A stretch of 36,322 nucleotides of DNA from Candidatus Xenobia bacterium (GTDB lineage: Bacteria; Vulcanimicrobiota; Xenobia; Xenobiales; QWHO01): the NCBI GenBank assembly GCA_045863235.1, contig BTUM01000080.1:1-36322 (forward strand). Reading direction: 5' to 3'. The translations under genes and the position numbers were made by a program. Position 1 is the first letter of the stretch, and each line of letters starts with the position of its first letter. Below, piece after piece: positions 17,514-25,422 of this stretch. Below the pieces are notes generated by a model, which was not told the origin of the DNA, ran no database searches, and saw only the letters and a list, made by a program, of their open reading frames with translations.

Positions 17514-18035
17514 ATGCCGAATCGAGCAGCCATTGCGGCCGCCACCGAGCATCGGGACGTGGCCGAGGAAGCCTTTCACGTGCTGCACTTCAACCAGGAG
17601 CTGGTGCAGTTCGCCGATACCAAGGCGGGAACACTGATCGTGATCAACAGCCTGTTCATCGCCGCTGCCCAGGCGGTGGTGGGCGGCAAGAGCGCGGTGG
17701 TGACGCTGTCGGCCGCGGTGGCGGTGCTGGCCGCGGCCCTGGCTATCTTCTTTTGCTTCTCGGTGGTCAGCACGCGCTTCTCCGGACCCCAGGCTGCGCG
17801 CAACGACCTGGTCTTCTTCGGGGACATCACCAGGCGGGCCAGCGCAGAGCAGTATGCGTCCGACTTCTTCGCCATCCAGGGAGCCACCCAGGTCGAGGAC
17901 GTGCTTCGGCGCACCTTCGTGGTGGCCGGCATCGCCCAGCGGAAGTTCGCCGCTTACTCCACGGCTCAATTCATGACCGGATTGTCGGGCGCCGCCTGGG
18001 TGATCTTCAACGTGCTCAGCCTGGTGTTTCACTGA
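17514..18035 (+). CDS. Pycsar effector-domain (DUF5706/PycTM-like) membrane protein
   Basis: GGAGGT RBS; VQFADTKAGTLI, two TM helices, LVFFGDI, AGIAQRKF, C-terminal TM. Confidence 0.75.
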   Translation: MPNRAAIAAATEHRDVAEEAFHVLHFNQELVQFADTKAGTLIVINSLFIAAAQAVVGGKSAVVTLSAAVAVLAAALAIFFCFSVVSTRFSGPQAARNDLVFFGDITRRASAEQYASDFFAIQGATQVEDVLRRTFVVAGIAQRKFAAYSTAQFMTGLSGAAWVIFNVLSLVFH

Positions 18036-18108
18036 CCGGCAACCGCCTTGCTCTGTCTTACAGAACCGGCCGGGAGGCATGCCCCAACTCCGAGGCGTAG
18101 ACAGGGCG

Positions 18109-18948
18109 ATGCGCACCTTGATCCTCTGCCTCTTCCTGGCGGCTGCCGCGCTGCCTCAGCCGATCGCCGAGGTGCCCGCCGAGCCGCCGGTCTGGAGCCC
18201 GATGATCTACCAGGGAATCTCGCTCACGGGGGCCTTCCGGCGCAAGCCAGAGGCATTCGCGCTTTACGCCGTCGAGGTCGACCTGAGGGCCAGCGGACTC
18301 TCCTTTCTGGTCACGCCCTCCAACGGAGATCGTCGGCTCGACACGGACTCTCGCAAGACGGGCTCGTTCTTGCATGAGTTCAAGTGCCAGGTGGCCATCA
18401 ACGGCAGCCCATTCCGGCCTGTCGATCGCCACGAAGGCGTTCCCATGGACGTGGCCGGGCTGTCGGTCTCGAACGGCGACCGCTACTCCGAGCCGGAGGG
18501 CTCGTGGGGAGCCTTGCTGCTGACGAAGGACAACCAGGCCAGCCTGGTCTCCCAGCAGGCAGAGGTTCCTCCCGCCCACAACGCGCTGGGGGGCTTCGAC
18601 CCGCTGCTCAAGGCCGGCCAGCCGGTGGACCAACCCGGCGGGCCGCGCCACCCACGCACTGCGGTGGGGCTGTCGCAGGATGGCCAGATCCTCTACCTGG
18701 CCGTGATCGACGGTCGCCAACCCGGATACAGCGTGGGGACCACCCTCTACGAGACTGCCCTGTGGATGCGCTGGCTGGGTTGCTGGGAGGCTCTCAACCT
18801 GGACGGCGGCGGCTCTACCACGCTGGTCATCGAAGATGAGCTGGGTTTGCCCTACACCGTCAATCGGCCCATTCAGGAGAAAGTTCCCGGCCAGCAGCGC
18901 CCCAGCGCCAACCACCTGGGCGTTTTTGGCGCCCCCGTCAAGCGCTGA
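18109..18948 (+). CDS. Secreted phosphodiester glycosidase (NAGPA/DUF2233) family protein
   Basis: Signal peptide, VAINGSPF, RHPRTAVG, VIDGRQPGYSVG, ALNLDGGGSTTL. Confidence 0.9.
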   Translation: MRTLILCLFLAAAALPQPIAEVPAEPPVWSPMIYQGISLTGAFRRKPEAFALYAVEVDLRASGLSFLVTPSNGDRRLDTDSRKTGSFLHEFKCQVAINGSPFRPVDRHEGVPMDVAGLSVSNGDRYSEPEGSWGALLLTKDNQASLVSQQAEVPPAHNALGGFDPLLKAGQPVDQPGGPRHPRTAVGLSQDGQILYLAVIDGRQPGYSVGTTLYETALWMRWLGCWEALNLDGGGSTTLVIEDELGLPYTVNRPIQEKVPGQQRPSANHLGVFGAPVKR

Positions 18949-18960
18949 CCGGCTCGTTGC

Positions 18961-19656
18961 TCAGATATCCTTGCGGTGGGCGGGTATGCCGACCCAGGTC
19001 TCCCCGGCTGGAATGGTGACATCCTTGAGGACCACCGCCTGGGCCGCCACCACCGCTCCGTCCCCCACGGTCACGCCCGGCATGAGGATGGAGCGCTGTC
19101 CGATCAGGGCTTTCTTGCCGATCTTCACGGGCGAGAGAACCAGGTAACCGCGCTCGGCGGCGTGGCACGAGATGGCCGCCTCGCCTCCGATGACTGCTTC
19201 ATCACCGATCTCGAGCAAGCTGAGATCGTGCACGTACTTGCTGTTGATCATCACGCCTTCGCCAATCTTGGCACCCATCATGCGGCAGTACACGTTGAGG
19301 AAGGGCGACAGCATCACGAAATCGACGAAGGTTACTTTGACCACCAGGTGCAGCCCGCTGGCCAGCACCCAGCGCAGCGACTCGGGCGAGAAGTACTTGT
19401 GCTTGCCGGGCTTGAGGCGCAGCCCCAGCACGGTGTTGAGAAACGAGGTCACCAGCATCAAGGTGAACCCGTAGACGAAGTAGCCCACCCCCAGGCCCAC
19501 GGAGACGGCCAGCAGGCGCATCGCCTCGCTCATTCCGACGCTCAGCTCATAGAGCCAGGCCGTCAGGCAGACGGCGGGATAAAGGCTGACGCCAAGCACC
19601 AGTCCGCCCAGTACGTAGAGGAACAGGGGGAACACGGTCTGGATGAGATTGTTCAT
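18961..19656 (-). CDS. Membrane-anchored hexapeptide-repeat (left-handed beta-helix) acyltransferase-like protein
   Basis: Two N-terminal TM helices, then SPFLNVYCRMMGAKIG, EIGDEAVIG, VKIGKKALIGQRSILMPGVTVGDGAVV, WVGIPA. Confidence 0.85.
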   Translation of the reverse strand: MNNLIQTVFPLFLYVLGGLVLGVSLYPAVCLTAWLYELSVGMSEAMRLLAVSVGLGVGYFVYGFTLMLVTSFLNTVLGLRLKPGKHKYFSPESLRWVLASGLHLVVKVTFVDFVMLSPFLNVYCRMMGAKIGEGVMINSKYVHDLSLLEIGDEAVIGGEAAISCHAAERGYLVLSPVKIGKKALIGQRSILMPGVTVGDGAVVAAQAVVLKDVTIPAGETWVGIPAHRKDI

Positions 19657-19711
19657 GCCCGAGGGGGTTTGCGAGGGGGATGGGATCCCCTTCACCGGGA
19701 ATAGGGCCGGC

Positions 19712-20431
19712 GTGAAGGTTCGAGCAGCGGCTCGTACCCACCCGGGACGGGTCAAGCCCAATAACGAGGACGCCTGCGCGGTCTTCATCGACCAGCAGTT
19801 CTTCCTGGTGGCCGACGGGATGGGCGGAATGAACGGCGGGGAGGTTGCTGCCGCCATGACGGTGGAGCGGATCCCCCCGCTGGTCCTGCCCCATCTGGCC
19901 AGCGGAGAGCCGCTGGAGCTGATGGGCTCGGCCATGAGCAAGGTGAGCCGCGACATCTGGCAACAGTCGGCCACCAGCCGCTCGCTCTACGGCATGGGAT
20001 CCACGGTCGTGGCCGTGCACGTGCGGGGCAGAGAGCTCTTCGTGGCCCACGCTGGCGATGCTCGCGTCTATCTGTGGCGGGCCGGCGAGTTGCGGCTTCT
20101 GACCGACGACCACACCCTGGTGCACGCCCTCTTCAAGCAGGGCACCATCACGGCCGAGCAGGCCGAGGTGCACCCCTGGCGCAGCCAGTTGATTCGCCAC
20201 ATGGGTCAGAAGAAGCTGGAGTTCGAAACGCAGACGGTGCCGGTCGAGCCGGGCGATCGGGTGCTCTTGTGCAGCGACGGTCTCAACAAGGAGCTGCCGG
20301 ACCTGCTGATCGGGCAACTGCTGGGCGCCGCTGCCAGCCCCGAGCAAGCCGTCGAGGTGCTCGTCGAGCAGGCCAACGAGCGGGGAGGGCGCGACAACAT
20401 CACCGCCCTGGTGGTGTTCTTGGAAGGCTAG
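19712..20431 (+). CDS. PP2C-family Ser/Thr protein phosphatase (Stp1/PrpC-like)
   Basis: GRVKPNNED, VADGMGG, GMGST, HAGDAR, LLCSDGL, GGRDNIT. Confidence 0.93.
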   Translation: MKVRAAARTHPGRVKPNNEDACAVFIDQQFFLVADGMGGMNGGEVAAAMTVERIPPLVLPHLASGEPLELMGSAMSKVSRDIWQQSATSRSLYGMGSTVVAVHVRGRELFVAHAGDARVYLWRAGELRLLTDDHTLVHALFKQGTITAEQAEVHPWRSQLIRHMGQKKLEFETQTVPVEPGDRVLLCSDGLNKELPDLLIGQLLGAAASPEQAVEVLVEQANERGGRDNITALVVFLEG

Positions 20432-20451
20432 AATTCCGGCCCGCTCCTAGC

Positions 20452-21867
20452 CTAGGGAGAAGGGCTCGGGATGGGCTCAGCGGAGGCGCCGGCTTGCGGC
20501 GAGGGGCTGGTTTCAGGCGACGCGCTGGCTTGAGGAGAGGGACCGGGCTCGGGCTTCTTCTTGGGGTCAGGATGCACCGGTGCCTGGATGGCGGCCGGCT
20601 TGTTGTAGACCACCTCTCCTTCGCCCACCAGCACCCCCGCGATGGCAGCCGTCTGAAAGCAAGCCAGGCTGCCTGCCAGCAGCGCCGCCATGCCCAGGCG
20701 GGCCATGTCCGAGCGGCGGATGGGCGCCAGCCCTCCAATTCCGGCGATCTGGATGCCGATGGAGCTGAAGTTGGTGAAGCCGCACAGGGCGTAGATCGTG
20801 ATCATGATGGTGCGGCCCGACATCTGACAGTTGGGGTCGGAGATAGCCGTGGTGAGCGAGGTGTAGGCGTAAAACTCGTTGATGACCAGTTTCTGGCCCA
20901 GGAGCTCGGCGCACTGGTTGGCCTGCACCCCCCAGGGCACGCCCATCAGCCAGGCAAAGGGCACGAAGACCACGTTGAAGATGTCGTCGAGCCCGAACTC
21001 GGGATGTCTGAAGACCCCCCCGATTACGCTCAGGATGCCGTCGATCATATGCACCAGGGCGATGAAGGCGATCAGCATGGCCCCTACGTTCAGAGCCAGC
21101 ATCAGACCCTGGCTGGCACCGGCTGCGGCGGCGTCGATCACGTTGGCTTCGGCGCGGGTGTTCTCTACCTTGATGCGACCGTGGGTCACCGGCTCTTCCG
21201 TTTCGGGGATCATCAGCTTGGCGAACAGGATGGCGGCCGGGGCCGACATGACGCTGGCGGCCAGCAGGTGTCCGGCGGCGTCCGGAAAGGTATCGTCGAG
21301 CATGCCGGCATAGACGCCCAGCACCCCCCCGGCGATGGTGGCAAAGCCCCCCGTCATGACGGTCATCAGCTCCGAGCGGGTCAGCTTCTCCACGTAAGGC
21401 TTGATGAGAAGGGGGGCCTCTGTCTGGCCCAGGAAGATGTTGGCCGAGGTGCACAGGGTTTCGGCTCCGCTGGTGCCCAGAAGGCGCAGCATGACGGCGG
21501 CGATGACTTCGACCACCTTTTGCATCACGCCCAGGTAGTAGAGCACGCTCATCAAGGAGGAGAAGAAAATGATGGTGGGCAGCACCTGGAAGGCAAAGAT
21601 GAAGCCATACTTCTCCATGTCGGTGAGGGGCTGAAAGACGAAGCTGCTACCTTTGGCGGTGTAGCTCAGCAGGCGGTCGATCAAGAGGCGCACCCCGTCG
21701 AAGAACCACTTGCCCGGTTCGGTCTTGAGCACCAGCAGGGCGAAGACGAACTGCATGATGGTGGCCCAGAAGATCAGCTTCCAGACCACCCGCTTCTTGT
21801 TGTCCGAGAAAGCGTAGCCCAGGCCGATAAAGGCGAAGACGCCCAGCAGGCTGACGGCGCGTTCCAT
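20452..21867 (-). CDS. nupC: CNT-family nucleoside transporter
   Basis: FAFQVLPTIIFFS, ANIFLGQTEAP, GFATIAG, GQKLVINEFYAY, YALCGFTNFSSIGI; Pro/Ser-rich tail. Confidence 0.93.
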   Translation of the reverse strand: MERAVSLLGVFAFIGLGYAFSDNKKRVVWKLIFWATIMQFVFALLVLKTEPGKWFFDGVRLLIDRLLSYTAKGSSFVFQPLTDMEKYGFIFAFQVLPTIIFFSSLMSVLYYLGVMQKVVEVIAAVMLRLLGTSGAETLCTSANIFLGQTEAPLLIKPYVEKLTRSELMTVMTGGFATIAGGVLGVYAGMLDDTFPDAAGHLLAASVMSAPAAILFAKLMIPETEEPVTHGRIKVENTRAEANVIDAAAAGASQGLMLALNVGAMLIAFIALVHMIDGILSVIGGVFRHPEFGLDDIFNVVFVPFAWLMGVPWGVQANQCAELLGQKLVINEFYAYTSLTTAISDPNCQMSGRTIMITIYALCGFTNFSSIGIQIAGIGGLAPIRRSDMARLGMAALLAGSLACFQTAAIAGVLVGEGEVVYNKPAAIQAPVHPDPKKKPEPGPSPQASASPETSPSPQAGASAEPIPSPSP

Positions 21868-21958
21868 GATTACTTCGGGGCCAGAGAAATTTTCAGCATC
21901 ATCGACCTAGTTTGCCCGGGGCGGCCGAAAAGAACCTGAAACCCTCAGGGGCGGAAAC

Positions 21959-22678
21959 CTATTGCGACGGCCACGTATTCTCGGGTCGGATGTCAAAGTG
22001 ACACTCGAAGGTCTCGGTCTCTCGTTTTTGACCGGTGGCAGATTCCAGACCTGGCTGTCTCAGCACGATATGCACGATCACATTTTCGTCGACCGGATCC
22101 AGCCTGACCGAGAAATGGAGCAGGTTGCGCGTGAGGATCTGGAAGACTTCGGCGTTAGCAGCCGGAGAAGCCGTCAGGGAACCGAGAGTCGGATTCTGCA
22201 TCGGCAACGGAAAAATGACCGGAGGCGCGGGGTTGGTGGGAATGACCTGCTTGCGCACGAGTTGGCCGAGCTCGGGGCGATCAGGAGGGGGGCTCTCCTC
22301 CGCATCGCTGCTGGTAGCATACCAGACCGTGTAGCGGTTCCACAGCGGCTTGCGAGTTTCATCGTAGTTGCTGGCATCGGTCCAACTGTCCAAGCCCGCC
22401 AAGGAAATCAGGTCGCGCTCATTCAAGGGGGCTGTAGCCAGGGCGGAGGTTCGATCAAGGGTGCTGGCCGTTCGAAAGCTGGTCACCACGAGGTCGCGCC
22501 GCATCAGAGCGGAGATGCGGCGAGCCTCCGACTGGATTCCCTGGCGCACGACCAGCGTTCGAAAGTTACGGCTTCCCAGTTGGAAGACGGTAAAGATCAC
22601 CGTGGTCAGCAACCCCAGAATGAAGCACGAGGTCAACGCCTCGACGATGGTCATGCCGCGCTGGTTGTTCATCTTCAT
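21959..22678 (-). CDS. Prepilin-type (minor pilin/pseudopilin, PilW/GspJ-like) protein
   Basis: Class III signal QRG|MTIVE with E5 and a hydrophobic helix; ATGA overlap with the upstream gene. Confidence 0.85.
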   Translation of the reverse strand: MKMNNQRGMTIVEALTSCFILGLLTTVIFTVFQLGSRNFRTLVVRQGIQSEARRISALMRRDLVVTSFRTASTLDRTSALATAPLNERDLISLAGLDSWTDASNYDETRKPLWNRYTVWYATSSDAEESPPPDRPELGQLVRKQVIPTNPAPPVIFPLPMQNPTLGSLTASPAANAEVFQILTRNLLHFSVRLDPVDENVIVHIVLRQPGLESATGQKRETETFECHFDIRPENTWPSQ

Positions 22679-23178
22679 GGCTTGACGAACTGGTGGTAAT
22701 AGGCTCGGGATAGGGTGAGCGACAGCCGTCCCTGACCCTGTCTGACGTTATCGGTGCTCTTGATGGGGGCGGCCACATCCGACGGCCACCAGACGACATC
22801 CACCGTCAGTCGCCACAGATCCCCCATCGTCTTTCGTTGAATTCGCTCGGCCTTGAAATGCTGCCAGTACTCGATCCCGTTCATCTCGTCGTGCTGGTAG
22901 ACATGGGTCGACTGGCTCTGGTTTTCCTCATACAAAGGCAGGTCCTCGGTGGTGGATACAGGGGGATTCCCCCCCCACCCTGGCGGACCGGATCGCATGG
23001 CCTGGTCCATTCGCCGCTGGGCCAGCAGCAAACCGATGGTCTGACTGCTCGACTTGGTCGAGGAGGCCATCAATTTGGTGAAGACGGCCAGAACAAAAAC
23101 GACCACGACGCCCAGCAGCCCGATGGCGACCACGACCTCGCCAACGGACAAGCCGATGCGATCCCCACGTTTCTCCAC
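22675..23178 (-). CDS. Prepilin-type (minor pilin, PilV/GspI-like) protein
   Basis: RIG|LSVGEVVVAIGLLGVVVV; late LWRLTVDVVW strand typical of PilV/GspI-like proteins. Confidence 0.8.
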   Translation of the reverse strand: MEKRGDRIGLSVGEVVVAIGLLGVVVVFVLAVFTKLMASSTKSSSQTIGLLLAQRRMDQAMRSGPPGWGGNPPVSTTEDLPLYEENQSQSTHVYQHDEMNGIEYWQHFKAERIQRKTMGDLWRLTVDVVWWPSDVAAPIKSTDNVRQGQGRLSLTLSRAYYHQFVKP

Positions 23179-23270
23179 GCCCTCTTTATATCACAGAACC
23201 AAGAGCCAGGTATGACGAATGGAAAATATTGTGCTACGAATGACTCAGGTAGTCTTTCTGGAGGTGGCCC

Positions 23271-25331
23271 TTGCGCGCCAGAGTCAAACGAGCACGAGGA
23301 ATCGCCCTCATCATGGTGCTGACCATTCTCGGGGTGCTTGTCACCCTTTCGGGCGCATTTGTGGGTATCAATCACTCCAACTTTGCCCTCATGGCTTCGG
23401 CAATGGACCAGGAGGAAGCCACCGCAGCGTGCTACACGGGCTACTTCTATGCCCTCTACAGCGTCGAGCATGACCGAAGGTGGGGAAAGGACGTTCCCGG
23501 GTTTCTCAGCGGGACCCGGCCCAGCGCAGCTGATCTGGCCGAGGTCGCCAACCTGCTCGACGTCGAGGTCGTCAACCAGTTCACTCTTCGCTGCTATCCC
23601 AAGAATCCTGACGGAACCAGAACTGGGACCAGCCTGCTGCTCGAGGTGCGCAACAACCTTGCCAACGACTGGCTGGACGCTCCCACTCCCAGTCGCGATC
23701 CGATGCCGGCCGGCGGGCCGTTTCCGGCGGTTCCCTGGAACACGTTTTTTGTCCGGGTCACGGGCGACTCGGGCGGTGTGCAGAAGCGACTGGAGAGCCT
23801 GATGACCGCTGCTCCACCCTTTGACGCGGCTGCGACGGCTAACGGAGACATCCTGATCGAAGCCGACCAGGAAGTGGTCATCGATAGTCGAGACAAGTAC
23901 CTCAATCAATTGCGCAGCAAGTCCAGGCTGAACCTGACACCCAACCAGGCGGCCACCGATAAGGTCCAGTTCCGCTGGAGCGCCGACCCCTCGCTCGACG
24001 CACTGCCGATCAAAGGGCGACTGTGGGCCCAGGACCAGATCTTCGTGGGCGGCCATGACATGTCCGACCCCAACCCGCTCACCAACAAGAAGGCAGAGGT
24101 GGAAGCCAACGCCGAGGGCCTGGTGGTCCCCAAAGCATCCAAGAGCTTCACGATCCAGGACCTGAACATCAACGACTTTCGGATGGAGGATGCCACCCCC
24201 AAGGCGTCCATCAAGACGGGAACCTGGAGCTTCGGCCAGACCAACTACACGGTCACCTACGAGGTCAACAATGAGGTCACCGAGACCGTGGCTGTGCCGG
24301 TGTACGATGAGACCACCGTCCCTCCGACCCTGATCGGCACGCAGGATGTCACCCAGACCCGGAGCTTTGTGACCACGGTCACCGATACCGTTTCCTACCC
24401 GGCCCTCGAGCGAAAGGTGGGCGGCTCGGTGGTCGAGACCTGGGTGCACACGGGGTCGGTCCCCGGGGCCGGGAGCACCTATACTCCCCAGGTCGGCACG
24501 CCCGGGACGATCACTTCGATCACGCCTCAGGCGGCCGTGCAGTATGATGACGACGGGGTCGTCGACCTGAGCCAGATCGGCACCGCCCCGCTTCCTGCCG
24601 GCATCGGCGCCGACCACGTCCAACTCGACATCATGGAGGCCCAGTTCAACGTGGGCCAGGGCCTGATTCTGGTGACCGATAGCAATGGGGATGGCACTCG
24701 CGACGGCGATTTCGGCCTGGCTTCGGAGATCGGAAACGTGGCCGGTCCCGGAACCGGCCGCGAGGTGGACGCCACTTTGAATCTTGGCGTCGCCCCGCCC
24801 CCGCCGCCCGCTGCGCCGACGACGCGCAGGCGCCGCAGAGGTCCGCCTCCGCCTCCTCCTCCGCTCCCCGCGAACGGAAAACCCAGCGCCATCATGGCCG
24901 GCGGCAACATCTCGGTGCGCGAGGTTCTGGGTCAAGGAGCGCTGATGGCCGACCAGGACGTGACCATTCAGGGTACCGGCGAGATCTCTTCCGACCCGCT
25001 GGCTGGCATTGCTCTCTTCGCTGGTCGCGACGTGATCATCGATGCGAACCTGCTGAAGATCACCACCGCCTTGCCGCCGGCGACCCCCATCGACACCGCC
25101 TTCAAAGGCCTGGTCTATGCCGAGCGGAACGTGAGGCTGCTCGACCCGACCTACTCCAATCCCCGCAACATCACCATCGAGGGGGCGCTGGTAGCGCGCA
25201 GCGGGTTCATCGACATTCCGAAGGCCAACGCTGTCAAGCTCGTTTACGACCCGAGCTTTCTCAAGACCATGCTCAAGGACCGACCCAACTACCAGATCCG
25301 CCTCGAGCGGCAGTCGTTCAATCTCTTCTAG
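23271..25331 (+). CDS. Large PilX/GspK-like pilin-tip protein
   Basis: GGAGG RBS; KRARG|IALIMVLTILGVL without E5; FVRVTGDSGG; C-terminal beta-helix-like AGGNI/FKGLVYA/IEGALVA/LVYDP. Confidence 0.75.
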   Translation: MRARVKRARGIALIMVLTILGVLVTLSGAFVGINHSNFALMASAMDQEEATAACYTGYFYALYSVEHDRRWGKDVPGFLSGTRPSAADLAEVANLLDVEVVNQFTLRCYPKNPDGTRTGTSLLLEVRNNLANDWLDAPTPSRDPMPAGGPFPAVPWNTFFVRVTGDSGGVQKRLESLMTAAPPFDAAATANGDILIEADQEVVIDSRDKYLNQLRSKSRLNLTPNQAATDKVQFRWSADPSLDALPIKGRLWAQDQIFVGGHDMSDPNPLTNKKAEVEANAEGLVVPKASKSFTIQDLNINDFRMEDATPKASIKTGTWSFGQTNYTVTYEVNNEVTETVAVPVYDETTVPPTLIGTQDVTQTRSFVTTVTDTVSYPALERKVGGSVVETWVHTGSVPGAGSTYTPQVGTPGTITSITPQAAVQYDDDGVVDLSQIGTAPLPAGIGADHVQLDIMEAQFNVGQGLILVTDSNGDGTRDGDFGLASEIGNVAGPGTGREVDATLNLGVAPPPPPAAPTTRRRRRGPPPPPPPLPANGKPSAIMAGGNISVREVLGQGALMADQDVTIQGTGEISSDPLAGIALFAGRDVIIDANLLKITTALPPATPIDTAFKGLVYAERNVRLLDPTYSNPRNITIEGALVARSGFIDIPKANAVKLVYDPSFLKTMLKDRPNYQIRLERQSFNLF

Positions 25332-25422
25332 GAAGGGCTCGCGCCAGCCCCACGATCTACCAGCTAGGGCCACCTCACCTTATGACGAGGTCGTGCGGGT
25401 TATCGCTATGGGAGGCACACCG

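Noticed and set aside
23070..25373. 767-aa minus-strand ORF and similar long ORFs (20074-21939, 9367-10686, 15807-17162, 28366-29472)
   Set aside because: Antisense shadows of well-supported genes, expected in high-GC DNA; no motifs
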